A stretch of DNA of 64,000 nt, from contig CAZGBP010000004.1 in assembly GCA_964524035.1 (NCBI GenBank), forward strand, positions 2,862 through 66,861. Reading direction: 5' to 3'. Origin of the DNA: an uncultured Bifidobacteriaceae bacterium (lineage in GTDB: Bacteria; Bacteroidota; Bacteroidia; Chitinophagales; UBA10324). The position numbers and the translations under genes are program-made. Shown here piece by piece: positions 20,130-30,432 of this stretch. A model generated the notes under the pieces. That model made no database searches and was not told where the DNA came from. It was given only the letters and a program-made list of their open reading frames with translations. Position 1 is the first letter of the stretch. Each line of letters begins with the position of its first letter.

Positions 20130-21272
20130 ATGTTAAATACATTCAGAAACAACATGAAAAACCTACTGATAGTACTGGCCCTTGCATCCACTATTGCAGC
20201 CTGCAGTTCTTCCGGTGCCGGTGACAAAAAAGCCCAACTCGACAGCCTTAAGAAAGAGCATCAGGCCATAACAGAAAAAATAAAGAAGCTGGAAGAAGAG
20301 ATCGCAAAAGAAGGTGGTGCAAAAAAACCGGAAAGGATGTTGCTCGTTTCAGTAACAGAAGTAGCAACACAACCTTTTGCGCATTATATCGAACTGCAGG
20401 GAAAAGTGGATGCGGAAGACAACCTGGTGGTTACACCGCAAATGCCGGGCGTAATCCAGAATATCTATGTTAAAGTCGGACAGAAAGTAAGCCGCGGACA
20501 GGTGCTCGCTGCCCTTGATGGCGCCACTATCAATGCACAACTGGAAACGATGAAGAAGAACTGGGAACTGGCTAATACCATGTATGAAAAACAGAAATCC
20601 CTTTGGGAACAGAGTATCGGAACAGAAGTGCAATACCTGACAGCCAAGAATCAAAAGGAATCGCTGGAAAAACAAATGGCCAGTTTAAATGAACAGTATC
20701 AAATGACCAAACTCATTTCACCCATTAACGGAGTGGTAGATGCCATCGATATTAAAATCGGGCAGGTAGCTTCTCCGGGTTATTCCGGCATCAGGGTTGT
20801 AAATTTCAGCAACCTCACGGTAAAAGGCGAAGTTTCAGAAACGTATTCTGAACAGGTAAAGGAAGGAGCCAAAGTAAAAATCCTCTTTCCTGACTTGAAT
20901 AAGGAAGTTGACTCTAAAGTGAGTTATGCTGCCAAAGTGATCAATTCGCAGTCGCGTTCTTTCACGGTAGAAGCAAAGCTGTCTGCCAACGATAATTTCA
21001 AACCGAATATGCTTGCGATGATGAAAATACTGGATTATGAAAAACAAGATGCATTCCTGGTTCCGGTAAATCTCGTTCAGCAATCCAGCGAAAATGATTT
21101 TGTGTATGTGGCGGCTGATGAAAACGGAAGAAAAACTGCACAACGTCAGACAGTGACCGTTGGAAGAATATATAATGGTCAGGCGGAGATCACTTCGGGA
21201 CTTAAGGCAGGCGATAAATTGATTACCGCCGGCTACCAGGACCTGGTTGCGGGACAGGCTATTCAATATTAA
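20130..21272 (+). CDS. Efflux RND periplasmic adaptor (membrane-fusion protein)
   Basis: Lipoprotein signal LALASTIAACSS, coiled-coil hairpin region, and HlyD/biotinyl-lipoyl-like motifs (GQKVSRGQVLAALD). The start is chosen at ATG 20130 (alternative 20154); the listed 20064 start overlaps tolC. Confidence 0.85.
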   Translation: MLNTFRNNMKNLLIVLALASTIAACSSSGAGDKKAQLDSLKKEHQAITEKIKKLEEEIAKEGGAKKPERMLLVSVTEVATQPFAHYIELQGKVDAEDNLVVTPQMPGVIQNIYVKVGQKVSRGQVLAALDGATINAQLETMKKNWELANTMYEKQKSLWEQSIGTEVQYLTAKNQKESLEKQMASLNEQYQMTKLISPINGVVDAIDIKIGQVASPGYSGIRVVNFSNLTVKGEVSETYSEQVKEGAKVKILFPDLNKEVDSKVSYAAKVINSQSRSFTVEAKLSANDNFKPNMLAMMKILDYEKQDAFLVPVNLVQQSSENDFVYVAADENGRKTAQRQTVTVGRIYNGQAEITSGLKAGDKLITAGYQDLVAGQAIQY

Positions 21273-21342
21273 TTCACCCGTATTCAAAAGCCATACCTGT
21301 AAAAAATACGATTGAAGTTATTCCATACTTAACGGATAAAAA

Positions 21343-24300
21343 ATGAAACACGTTTTTAAAGAATTCAAACCAAGCAGCTGGGCTATTGATAACAGCACGA
21401 CGGTTTTTATTATTGTGGCGATGCTTACGATCATGGGCATCCGGTCCTATATCCATCTGCCGAAAGAGTTGTTTCCGGATGTTACCATGCCTACCATTTA
21501 TGTAGCAACAATCTATCCCGGCTCTGCACCGGCTGATGTAGAAAACCTGATCACGAAGCCTCTGGAAAAAGAAATCGGGGCGATTAACGGAGTGAATAAG
21601 ATCAGCAGCAGTTCCGTGCAGGATTATTCTTCTATACAGGTAGAATTCGTTTCAGGCACAGATATCAACGAAGCCAATCAGAAAGTGAAAGATGCCGTTG
21701 ACAAAGCAAAAACCAGCCTTCCTAACGACCTGGATCCAACCTGGGGGCCTAATGTGGCAAAAGTGGAATTTTCACAAATTCCGATCATGCAGGTTAACGT
21801 AAGCGGTGACTATGATCTTGCACATTTAAAAAAGTATGCCGAATTGCTGCAGGATAAAATTGAAGCCATACCGGAGATCAACAGGGTTGATATTATCGGG
21901 TCGCCGGAGCGGGAAATCCAGATAAATGTTGATATGTATAAAATGCAGGCGGCACAGATTTCCATGTACGATATCTATTCCGTCATCAACAGTGAAAATA
22001 AAATAGTTTCGGGTGGTACGATCAAACTGGGCGATGTGAGAAGAAGTATCAGTGTAAGCGGAGAGTTTGACAATATTACCCAGATTCAGAATCTCACGGT
22101 AAACAACATGCAAAATCAGCCTATCTACCTGAGAGATATCGCTGAAATCAAAGACAGTTTCAAAGAGCAGGAAAGTTTTGCACAGCTGGATAACAAAAAG
22201 GTAATCACCTTAAACGTAATCAAGAAAAGCGGTTCCAATCTTATTGAGGCCTCTGATAACATTCATGCATTGGTGGATGAGGTTGTTGGTAAGGAAGTTC
22301 CAACCGATGTGAACCTGACCATTACCGGTGATACCTCTACAACCACAAGAACACAGGTAGCCGACCTGATCAATACCATTATCATCGGATTCATACTGGT
22401 AACGTTGGTGCTGATGTTCTTCATGGGCGCGACCGATGCCATGTTTGTCGCTTTATCGGTTCCGCTTTCAATGTTTATCGCTTTCCTCGTGCTCGATGCA
22501 ATGGGCGGCACGATGAACGTGATCGTTCTTTTTGCTTTCCTGCTCGGCCTTGGTATTGTGGTAGATGATGCCATTGTGGTGATAGAAAACACACACCGGC
22601 TTTTCGGCAATGGCAAGGTGCCAATAAAACTGGCGGCGAAGAATGCCGCCGGCGAAGTCTTCGTGCCGGTGCTTGCAGGAACGATGACCACCCTTGCACC
22701 CTTCTTTCCACTGCTGTTTTGGCCCGGAGTAATCGGATCATTTATGCATTCTTTGCCCGTTACGCTCATTATTACCCTCACCGCATCGCTGCTGGTGGCT
22801 TACCTGATCAATCCTGTCTTTGCGGCCACGTTTATGAGGCCGCATCAGGACGGTGATGCGCCTGACAGAAGACGACAGATTTTGTGGTCGGCAATTTTTA
22901 TTGCGGCAGGTTTGCTTCTAACGTTCTTCGTAAATAAAATATTGGGCAATGTAACCATCACCATGGTCTTTCTCTATTGGTTGTATCAGCTGGTACTGGT
23001 TAAATGGGTTATTACCTTTCAGAAAAAAGGTTGGCCTGGATTTCAAAACCGCTATGCCAATTTCCTGAAATGGACCTTACGACATCCGGTCATTTTAATT
23101 ACTTCTATTTTTGGAACACTTGGCATCGCCTTTATTGCACTCATGATCACAAAACCCGGACTGGAGCAATTCCCGACCGGAGACCCCAATTTCATTTTTA
23201 CCTACGTGGTAATGCCGGCCGGAACCGACCAGGAAACAACGGACTCTATTACCCAGATAGTGGAAGACAGAATTTATAAAGTAATAGGAAAAGATAACCC
23301 GATCGTAAAATCGGTCATCTCAAATGTAGCTGTCGGAGCCAGTGAAGATCCTTTTGACCAGAGTGTAAGCACGAATAAAGGAAAAGTTTCAGTAGCCTTT
23401 ATCGAACCCGCGGAACGGCGCAACAGGCAATCTGTAGTCTATGTAGAAAAATTCAGGGAAGCCGTAAAAGGTATTCCGGGAGCTCAGATTACAGTTGGTG
23501 TTGAACAAAACGGGCCCCCGCAGGGAAAACCGATTAATATTGAAATTTCCGGCGATGACTTTGACGAATTGATTGCAACAACTAACAATATCAAACGATA
23601 CCTCGATTCGCTGAACATCCAGGGTATTGAAGAACTGAAAACTGACTTACAGGCTAACAAACCTGAGATAAGTATCGATCTCGACAGGGAAAGAATGAAC
23701 AGGGAAGGGATCTCTACACAAACCGTTGGTTTCGAGATGCGGAATGCAATTTATGGATGGGAAGCCAGCAAATACAAAGAAGCCAATGATGATTTCCCTA
23801 TTGTAATACGGTATGATGAAAAACAGCGCAAAAGTATTGATCAGCTCAAAGACCTGAAGATTACCTTCCGTGATCAGACAAACGGCCAGGTCCGCCAGGT
23901 TCCACTAAGCGCTTTTGCTACTATAAACTACTCAAACACCTATACCGGAATCAAACGCATTGATCAGAAAAGGGTGGTTACCCTTGGTTCGAATTTGCTG
24001 TCAGGTTATGAAAGTCAGCAACCAATGATCATGGCGCAGGTAAAAGCCGCCCTGGAAGATTACCAGGCCCCTGATGATGTATCCATTGGTTATACAGGTG
24101 CAAGCCAGGATATGGAAGAAACCATCAACTTTATGGGAATTGCATGGGTGATTTCTCTGTTTCTCATTATCATCATCCTTGTTGCACAATTCAATTCAAT
24201 ATCAAAACCACTCATCATTTTTGCGGAGGTATTCTTTAGTGTGATCGGTGTACTGCTTGGTTACGGGTTTACAGGAATGAACTTCTCGGCCGTAATGACG

Positions 24301-24774
24301 GGCGTAGGTGTGGTTGCCCTGCTTGGTATTGTGGTTCGAAACGGGATCCTGCTCGTAGAATTCACCGACACACTCATAGAAGAAGGTGTTGAACTCAAAG
24401 AGGCAGTGGTAGAAGCGGCAAAGATCCGTATGACGCCGGTAGTTCTTACGGCTACCGCTACTATTCTTGGTATGATACCCCTTGCCATAGGTCTAAACAT
24501 CAATTTTTATGGCCTCTTTACGGAATTTAAACCTGATATCTGGCTTGGCGGAGAAAATGTTGTTTTCTGGGGGCCTCTTGCATGGACTATTGTTTTTGGA
24601 CTGGGCTATGCAACGTTTATCACTTTACTGGTCGTGCCGGTCATGTACTTATACAATGAGCGACTCAAGTCCTGGGTGTTCAGGACGTTGAATATCGAAC
24701 GGCCATCCAAAGAACATAGTAATGGAGTAAAACCAATTGCGGCCCTTATGGATAAAAAGCCCATGGGCAGCTAA
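21343..24774 (+). CDS. RND efflux permease (AcrB/HAE-type)
   Basis: 1143 aa with 12-TM topology and two large periplasmic loops. Conserved GIVVDDAIVVIEN and GIVVRNGILLVEF motifs. Confidence 0.9.
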   Translation: MKHVFKEFKPSSWAIDNSTTVFIIVAMLTIMGIRSYIHLPKELFPDVTMPTIYVATIYPGSAPADVENLITKPLEKEIGAINGVNKISSSSVQDYSSIQVEFVSGTDINEANQKVKDAVDKAKTSLPNDLDPTWGPNVAKVEFSQIPIMQVNVSGDYDLAHLKKYAELLQDKIEAIPEINRVDIIGSPEREIQINVDMYKMQAAQISMYDIYSVINSENKIVSGGTIKLGDVRRSISVSGEFDNITQIQNLTVNNMQNQPIYLRDIAEIKDSFKEQESFAQLDNKKVITLNVIKKSGSNLIEASDNIHALVDEVVGKEVPTDVNLTITGDTSTTTRTQVADLINTIIIGFILVTLVLMFFMGATDAMFVALSVPLSMFIAFLVLDAMGGTMNVIVLFAFLLGLGIVVDDAIVVIENTHRLFGNGKVPIKLAAKNAAGEVFVPVLAGTMTTLAPFFPLLFWPGVIGSFMHSLPVTLIITLTASLLVAYLINPVFAATFMRPHQDGDAPDRRRQILWSAIFIAAGLLLTFFVNKILGNVTITMVFLYWLYQLVLVKWVITFQKKGWPGFQNRYANFLKWTLRHPVILITSIFGTLGIAFIALMITKPGLEQFPTGDPNFIFTYVVMPAGTDQETTDSITQIVEDRIYKVIGKDNPIVKSVISNVAVGASEDPFDQSVSTNKGKVSVAFIEPAERRNRQSVVYVEKFREAVKGIPGAQITVGVEQNGPPQGKPINIEISGDDFDELIATTNNIKRYLDSLNIQGIEELKTDLQANKPEISIDLDRERMNREGISTQTVGFEMRNAIYGWEASKYKEANDDFPIVIRYDEKQRKSIDQLKDLKITFRDQTNGQVRQVPLSAFATINYSNTYTGIKRIDQKRVVTLGSNLLSGYESQQPMIMAQVKAALEDYQAPDDVSIGYTGASQDMEETINFMGIAWVISLFLIIIILVAQFNSISKPLIIFAEVFFSVIGVLLGYGFTGMNFSAVMTGVGVVALLGIVVRNGILLVEFTDTLIEEGVELKEAVVEAAKIRMTPVVLTATATILGMIPLAIGLNINFYGLFTEFKPDIWLGGENVVFWGPLAWTIVFGLGYATFITLLVVPVMYLYNERLKSWVFRTLNIERPSKEHSNGVKPIAALMDKKPMGS

Positions 24775-24801
24775 CCTGCTAACTCTTTTATTCAATCTTC
24801 A

Positions 24802-24836
24802 GGAGGTTGTCCCGGTCGGGGCAACCTCCATTTTTT
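24802..24836 (+). terminator. Intrinsic terminator after the RND operon
   Basis: GGAGGTTGTCCC-ggtc-GGGGCAACCTCC hairpin (one G-U pair) followed by ATTTTTTG. Confidence 0.7.
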
Positions 24837-25007
24837 GTTCTGCAGTAACGCGGTATTCCGGTACTATCTTAAAATGCTTCCAGGTACTTTCAGTTTTTCT
24901 GTTATGGGATGGAGGCTGTATATTTGCCGGTAAGCTGTTATTCGCTGTCGCCGGCATGTAATGGAAATCTTACACAATGCTTACTATCGCCAAATAATAC
25001 TATTCCC

Positions 25008-28000
25008 TTGAAAATCGTATTGCTCTTCCTTTGCTGCAGTTTGCTTACAACACCTATGCTTGCCCAATGGGAATATCAAAACACCGGTATTACCAACAAC
25101 TTGCGCGGTATTTATTTCCTGGATGAAACTACCGGTTTTGCAGTTGGAGATGCTTTTGCGCCCAGCGAAGCTCCTATTTTGAAAACTGTTGATGGTGGCA
25201 TGAACTGGATACTGAAACCTTCAGATACACCAAACCCGCTTCGTGACGTAGCTTTTAACACGAATGTAAAAGGATTTGCCTGCGGATTTTACGGTACCCT
25301 GGTAAAGTCAAATGATACGGGGGAGACTTGGGAGCAGGTTAACCTTCAGTCAGCCCTCGATGTAAATTTTCGTGCACTGGATTTTCCGACCAAAGAGGTG
25401 GGTTATGTGGCCGGAAGCGGTGGGGTATTTTTGAAAACAACAGACGTTGGCGTTACCTGGGATTCTTTGAATACGGGTTTCAGCCATGACCTCCTGGACA
25501 TAGAGTTCTTTACCAATGATACCGGATTTGCCACCGGCAGCATAGGATTCTCCAATGGCGTTATATTAAGAACCTACGATGGTGGAATGTCCTGGGAATC
25601 AGTTTACACATCATCACAAGCCATACCGGCCCTGTTGATCACAAAAAATTACAAAATCTATGCAGGCGGTGGAACATCCCCTAACGGAGGACATGAATTT
25701 ATCCTGCAGTCACTGGATGGTGGCGATACCTGGGAAGAGATATATACCGGCCCGCCCGGACGAACCATCAGGCGTGGAGATTTTACTACCAATACCCTTA
25801 TTTGGTTTGTAGATGATGCCGGTTCAATTATTAAAACAAAAGATGGCGGGGAAACCTGGGTTGTAGATGACTTAAATCCTTCCGGATTAAGCAGTATCTT
25901 TTTTACTGAAGAAGATACCGGATATGTTGCAGGAGGATTGGGAAGCATTTTCAAGTTTACACCATGCCCGGTACCACTGGATGTTTTGGCTAAAATTGAT
26001 GGCGCCAAAACTGTGTGCCATGGCATTTCCAAGAATTATTCGATCGCACCAATCAGTGGTGCAAACTCGTATGAGTGGACTGTGCCGCCCGATGCTTCTT
26101 ATGTATTCTTAAGTGGAGATACGGCTATCAAGGTAACCTTTGGTGTAATGTCAGGATTGATTAAGGTAGTGGCAGGCGCCGATTGCGATACATCTATATC
26201 AGAAGCCTATATCACCGTCATTCCACCTTTGCAGGTTGCAGGATCAATTAATGGCTCAGCTGATTTTTGTGCAGGTGATACAGCTTCCTATTATATTTCA
26301 CCCATTCCCGACGCAATAACCTATACATGGACTGTCCCGGCCGATGCTTCGATAGTTGCACAGTTTGATACCATGATTGTGGTGGCATTTGGAAATACCT
26401 CCGGCACCATATCCGTTACCGCTTCCGATGATTGCGATCAGACCTCAACCAGTATTCCGGTTACTTTGCAGGAAGCCCTGGGCACCATTGGTACCATTAG
26501 CGGCGATAGCACGAGCTGCCTGTTTGGTTTAGGTTCCTACTTAATCAACAGCGTGGCTAACGCTTTCTCATATAATTGGAGTTTGCCTGCCGGTGCTTCC
26601 GTTATTTATTCGCAGGGAGACACCTTCGTGGTGGTACAATTTGATACCACCGGAGGGGATATTGGAGTGACAGCCAATGGTTTTTGCGATACCCTATCCA
26701 CGTTTTTTACTGTAGATATTACCGGACAGTTAGTGCTTATTGACAGCCTGATTGGAGATACTGCCGTTTGCGAAGGCACCACTCACGTCTATGAGATTAA
26801 CACGATTGATGGCGCAACCTCCTATCAATGGACCGTTCCGGATGATGCCACCATTTTATCGGGACAAGGGGATACGCTAATTGCCGTATTGTTCGGTTCT
26901 TCTTCGGGTGAAATTACAATTGTCGCCAGTGCAGCCGATTGTAATACGTATGAAGCTTCTTTGTATGTACAGGTTACCCAGTTATTGTCGGCACCGGATG
27001 ATATCACAGGGGTTACTGCATTGTGCAGCGGGGATACCTCCCTTTATATCGTTTCGGAAGTTGCCGGTGCCGAGAGCTATCTATGGGAGGTTCCGGCAGG
27101 CGCAATATTGCTTGCCGGTCAGGGGCAGACCTTAATCTCTGTACTTTTTGGCGACACTTCAGGTAATGTCGTGTTTTCTGCAATCTCCTCATGCGATACC
27201 GTCACCTCTACCCTGTTTGTTTTTGTAGAACCGCCGGTTCCTCCTATACAGGCAATCATTGGAGATAGTACTTTGTGTGCGGGAGATACTTCCGTTTACT
27301 ACATACCTTCTGTACCCGGTGTCGATTATTCATGGGCAGTCCCTTTGGATGCAACCATTATTGCAACATCAGGAGATACTTCTATCACCGTAGTGTTTGG
27401 CAACAATACAGGCAACATCACGGTGTTTGGCGGAAGTGTCTGCGCTTTCCAGGATACCTCGTTAACAGTTATCGTGGCAGAACAGCCTGTTTCATTAACG
27501 CCGATCGCGGGAGAATCCACGGTCTGCAACGGTGATACCGCTACTTATGCTATTGCAGGAATTCCCGGATTTTCGTATTCCTGGTCAGTTCCGGCTGATG
27601 CCACAATTTTTAGCATGCAGGGCGACACCATGATTACCGTTCAATTTGGAAACACTTCCGGTGATATTACCGTAGTGGCTGGCAGCAATTGCACCTCACT
27701 CGATACGTTCCTGTCAGTGGTTGTTATTTCTGATGCAACGTCATTATTTTCCATACTAGGCGACACATTGGTTTGCAGCGGAGACACCGCCAACTATTCG
27801 GTTGCTCCTGTTGATGGTTTCAGTTTTTCCTGGTCGGTACCATCAGATGCCACCATCATAGCATCATCAGGTGATACCGCTATTACGGTTGTCTTTGGCA
27901 ACACAACAGGTCTTATTACATTGTCTGCATCGGGTTTATGCGCTTCACCGGATACTTCTCTGCTGGTAACTGTGGTTGCGTTTCCTCCGGTACCGGTTAT

Positions 28001-28460
28001 TACTTTTGTCGATAACAACCTTATTTCAAGCGAGCCTGAAGGCAATCAATGGTTTTATGATGGCTCACCAATAGCCGGGGCCACCGGTCAATCCTATACT
28101 CCACTCGTGAATGGAACATACAGCGTGGTCGTTACCTATCCTCCGGGCTGTTCAACCGCCTCCGATACATTTGTGGTGCTTTCCGTCAGTATGCAAACAA
28201 TACAGGCCGGGCAAAACATCGTGGTTGCTCCAAATCCCTTTGATACGTATACAATGTTGCAGTTTACTGATCATTACCAGATGCATAACGGTACATTAAT
28301 GATACTTGATATGCAGGGCAAACAGGTATCGGTAATGCACCAACTGAATGGTACCAGCATAAAAATATTCCGGAATGGGTTACCTGATGGTGTGTATTTC
28401 TTCAGGCTTACGGATCCGGACAATAACACCTTGGTAACTGGCAAATTATTTATTCAATAA
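25008..28460 (+). CDS. Large secreted T9SS cargo: BNR/Asp-box beta-propeller + 8 tandem Cys-containing Ig/PKD-like repeats + T9SS C-terminal domain
   Basis: Six SxDxGxTW-like Asp-boxes (DGGMNW, DTGETW, DVGVTW, DGGMSW, DGGDTW, DGGETW). Eight repeats of about 85-90 aa follow the pattern C.GDT..Y.....G...Y.W.VP.DA.I....GDT.I.V.FG...G.I.V.A...C. The C-terminus (VAPNPF...GVYFFRL...GKLFIQ) is a T9SS CTD. The start is uncertain: in-frame TTG at 25008 gives the clean signal peptide MKIVLLFLCCSLLTTPMLAQ, whereas the ORF-track start is 24909. Confidence 0.8.
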   Translation: MKIVLLFLCCSLLTTPMLAQWEYQNTGITNNLRGIYFLDETTGFAVGDAFAPSEAPILKTVDGGMNWILKPSDTPNPLRDVAFNTNVKGFACGFYGTLVKSNDTGETWEQVNLQSALDVNFRALDFPTKEVGYVAGSGGVFLKTTDVGVTWDSLNTGFSHDLLDIEFFTNDTGFATGSIGFSNGVILRTYDGGMSWESVYTSSQAIPALLITKNYKIYAGGGTSPNGGHEFILQSLDGGDTWEEIYTGPPGRTIRRGDFTTNTLIWFVDDAGSIIKTKDGGETWVVDDLNPSGLSSIFFTEEDTGYVAGGLGSIFKFTPCPVPLDVLAKIDGAKTVCHGISKNYSIAPISGANSYEWTVPPDASYVFLSGDTAIKVTFGVMSGLIKVVAGADCDTSISEAYITVIPPLQVAGSINGSADFCAGDTASYYISPIPDAITYTWTVPADASIVAQFDTMIVVAFGNTSGTISVTASDDCDQTSTSIPVTLQEALGTIGTISGDSTSCLFGLGSYLINSVANAFSYNWSLPAGASVIYSQGDTFVVVQFDTTGGDIGVTANGFCDTLSTFFTVDITGQLVLIDSLIGDTAVCEGTTHVYEINTIDGATSYQWTVPDDATILSGQGDTLIAVLFGSSSGEITIVASAADCNTYEASLYVQVTQLLSAPDDITGVTALCSGDTSLYIVSEVAGAESYLWEVPAGAILLAGQGQTLISVLFGDTSGNVVFSAISSCDTVTSTLFVFVEPPVPPIQAIIGDSTLCAGDTSVYYIPSVPGVDYSWAVPLDATIIATSGDTSITVVFGNNTGNITVFGGSVCAFQDTSLTVIVAEQPVSLTPIAGESTVCNGDTATYAIAGIPGFSYSWSVPADATIFSMQGDTMITVQFGNTSGDITVVAGSNCTSLDTFLSVVVISDATSLFSILGDTLVCSGDTANYSVAPVDGFSFSWSVPSDATIIASSGDTAITVVFGNTTGLITLSASGLCASPDTSLLVTVVAFPPVPVITFVDNNLISSEPEGNQWFYDGSPIAGATGQSYTPLVNGTYSVVVTYPPGCSTASDTFVVLSVSMQTIQAGQNIVVAPNPFDTYTMLQFTDHYQMHNGTLMILDMQGKQVSVMHQLNGTSIKIFRNGLPDGVYFFRLTDPDNNTLVTGKLFIQ
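25989..27990 (+). repeat. Eight diverged tandem coding repeats (about 250-265 bp each) inside the T9SS cargo gene
   Basis: The periodicity is visible in the translation. Each unit begins near a conserved Cys (TVCHG, DFCAGD, TSCLFG, AVCEG, ALCSGD, TLCAGD, TVCNGD, LVCSGD) and ends near a second Cys. Confidence 0.8.
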
Positions 28461-28607
28461 GCAGTAACGGCATCATACCTGCTGCAAGATCACCGGAAGG
28501 TGTCTGATGAGAGTCTTGTTCGTCTTCAAGAGCAAGGCGCACCCTTTGCGCATTTGATGCGGCCAAACTCATAAAACACAAAAAAAGAAATAGGAAGTAT
28601 TTAAGAC

Positions 28608-28632
28608 GGTCAACTTTAATTGCAATAATGTA
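28608..28632 (+). promoter_or_regulatory. Two adjacent AATTGCAAT(T) palindromes upstream of the Rieske cluster (candidate operator)
   Basis: AATTGCAAT at 28608-28616 and AATTGCAATT at 28623-28632, about 45-65 nt upstream of the ATG at 28675. AATTGCAATT is its own reverse complement. Confidence 0.3.
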
Positions 28633-28674
28633 AATTGCAATTCATTTCAATGCATCATTTGATCGTTACAAATC

Positions 28675-28881
28675 ATGCTTTCCACCCTGCTCACCATAGT
28701 GGTCTTTTATCTGATTGCCGGAAGCCTTTTCGCTTTGCTTTTTGTATTTCGCCTGGTTGATCAGTTTGATGAACAGGCCAGAGGGGCACCAATCAGTTTT
28801 CGGTTGATTATACTGCCTGCCGCCATCCTATTGTGGCCCTTTCTGGTTTACCGGTTACTAACAAAAAAGAACAAGCTATGA
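28675..28881 (+). CDS. Small two-TM membrane protein (first gene of the Rieske cluster)
   Basis: 68 aa with two hydrophobic helices and a basic C-terminus. The stop overlaps the next ATG (ATGA at 28878-28881), suggesting translational coupling. Confidence 0.55.
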   Translation: MLSTLLTIVVFYLIAGSLFALLFVFRLVDQFDEQARGAPISFRLIILPAAILLWPFLVYRLLTKKNKL

Positions 28882-29306
28882 TGTCGGCACACCGCAGAAG
28901 GCATTTTATCCTATGGTTGCTGATTGGACTGTTCCTGCCGGTACTGAGTATCGTTGCTTACCTGTTGGCTCCAGAATTTCCGGCAATGGAATTCTCCGGG
29001 CAGCATACCGCCTTTCCGGAATTAAAACGGTCTGTGGTCAGCGCTGAATACGTATATAATATCAAAAAAAATTATGAAGGTGGAACCACTCTGGAAATCA
29101 CTCAGATTTCCAGGTTTAATCCGGCATCTGAACTGGTTTCGATCAGCTATAAAAAAAACTTTGATGATCAGCCTACACAAAAAATACTGGGCATGATGGG
29201 TGGAGATGCAAGCTACCTTTTCAATTTACAAGAAATCCAACCTCCTTTTTCAATAACAGTAAAGGATACCATCAGGCAGGAAGTGCTGAGTCATGTTGAT
29301 TTCTGA
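28878..29306 (+). CDS. Membrane-anchored protein with extracytoplasmic domain
   Basis: The start is taken at ATG 28878 (MMSAHRRRHFILWLLIGLFLPVLSIVAY...). One N-terminal TM segment is followed by a soluble domain of about 100 aa. No known motif recognised. Confidence 0.55.
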   Translation: MMSAHRRRHFILWLLIGLFLPVLSIVAYLLAPEFPAMEFSGQHTAFPELKRSVVSAEYVYNIKKNYEGGTTLEITQISRFNPASELVSISYKKNFDDQPTQKILGMMGGDASYLFNLQEIQPPFSITVKDTIRQEVLSHVDF

Positions 29307-29353
29307 GATACAGGAAACTTGCTGATATTCCTTTTTGAAAATACAGATTCATA

Positions 29354-30394
29354 ATGAGCTATTCATACAAAGCAATATCCTGGAACCGGCAGAAATGGCA
29401 TTATGACCTTGTTCTTTGGTGCCTGATGCTTTTCTATCTCATCCTCTTTGTTTTACTTCATGTTAAGTTTTTCCCGGAGGCTACGATAGAAATAATATTC
29501 ATCCGCGCTACCGGAACACTGGCCGCTTTGCTGTTGCATTTGATTTTATCCATCGGCCCGCTGGCAAGAATTGATAAACGTTTTCTTATCCTGCTCTATA
29601 ATCGACGGCACATGGGAGTCAGCTTATTTGTTATCGCACTGTTTCATGGTGTTTTGAACCTGGTGCAATTTCATGCATTGGGTAATGTCAATCCATTTGT
29701 CTCACTATTTACGTCGAATACCCATTATGACTCATTCATCCATTTTCCGTTTCAGGTACTGGGGTTTTTCGCTTTACTCATATTACTGCTGATGGCCGCC
29801 ACAAGTCACGACTTCTGGTTAAAAAATCTAACTCCTTCCACCTGGAAATCACTGCATATGATGGTTTACCTGGCTTATGCCCTGGTGGTGATGCATATTA
29901 TGCTGGGTGTGGTTCAACTGGAACATCATATCAATATGTTGCTTCTGGTCTTATTTGGGATGTTTTGGCTGACCGGTATTCATGTGTTCAGTGGTTTGAT
30001 AGAATGGAGGAAAGACAAGCGTCTGCAAAACCTGACTGCGGATGGGTTTTTGCCAGCATGCCCTGCGGAAGAAATTATGGAAAACCATGCAAAAATTTTC
30101 ATTGCTAACCATGAACGTATAGCTGTTTTTAAATATGATGGCAAACTATCGGCCATCTCCAATGTATGCAAACACCAGATGGGGCCGCTGGGAGAAGGGA
30201 GAATAATTGACGGCTGTGTTACCTGCCCTTGGCATGGTTATCAATACCGTCCGGAAGATGGCTGTGCACCTCCGCCCTTCAAGGAAAAAATAGCTACCTA
30301 CGATCTTAAAGTTGTTGATGGATTTATTTATATCCACCCGGAACCTCATAAAGAAGGAACCCGGGTGGAACCGGTGCGGTTAGAAAAAAAATAA
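29354..30394 (+). CDS. Fusion protein: polytopic ferric-reductase/MsrQ-like membrane domain + C-terminal Rieske [2Fe-2S] domain
   Basis: There are about 6 TM helices with two intramembrane His pairs (RRHMGVSLFVIALFHG with 11 residues between the His; SLHMMVYLAYALVVMH with 12 between). This spacing is compatible with bis-His heme b ligation. The C-terminus carries a canonical Rieske CKH...(17 residues)...CPWH. Confidence 0.65.
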   Translation: MSYSYKAISWNRQKWHYDLVLWCLMLFYLILFVLLHVKFFPEATIEIIFIRATGTLAALLLHLILSIGPLARIDKRFLILLYNRRHMGVSLFVIALFHGVLNLVQFHALGNVNPFVSLFTSNTHYDSFIHFPFQVLGFFALLILLLMAATSHDFWLKNLTPSTWKSLHMMVYLAYALVVMHIMLGVVQLEHHINMLLLVLFGMFWLTGIHVFSGLIEWRKDKRLQNLTADGFLPACPAEEIMENHAKIFIANHERIAVFKYDGKLSAISNVCKHQMGPLGEGRIIDGCVTCPWHGYQYRPEDGCAPPPFKEKIATYDLKVVDGFIYIHPEPHKEGTRVEPVRLEKK

Positions 30395-30432
30395 TGCATG
30401 CTGTTACCAAGTGAACTTTTCATTCCTTCAAC

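Noticed and set aside
24737-24961. 74-aa ORF bridging the RND terminator and the T9SS cargo gene
   Set aside because: It spans a strong intrinsic terminator hairpin and has no coding-like features.
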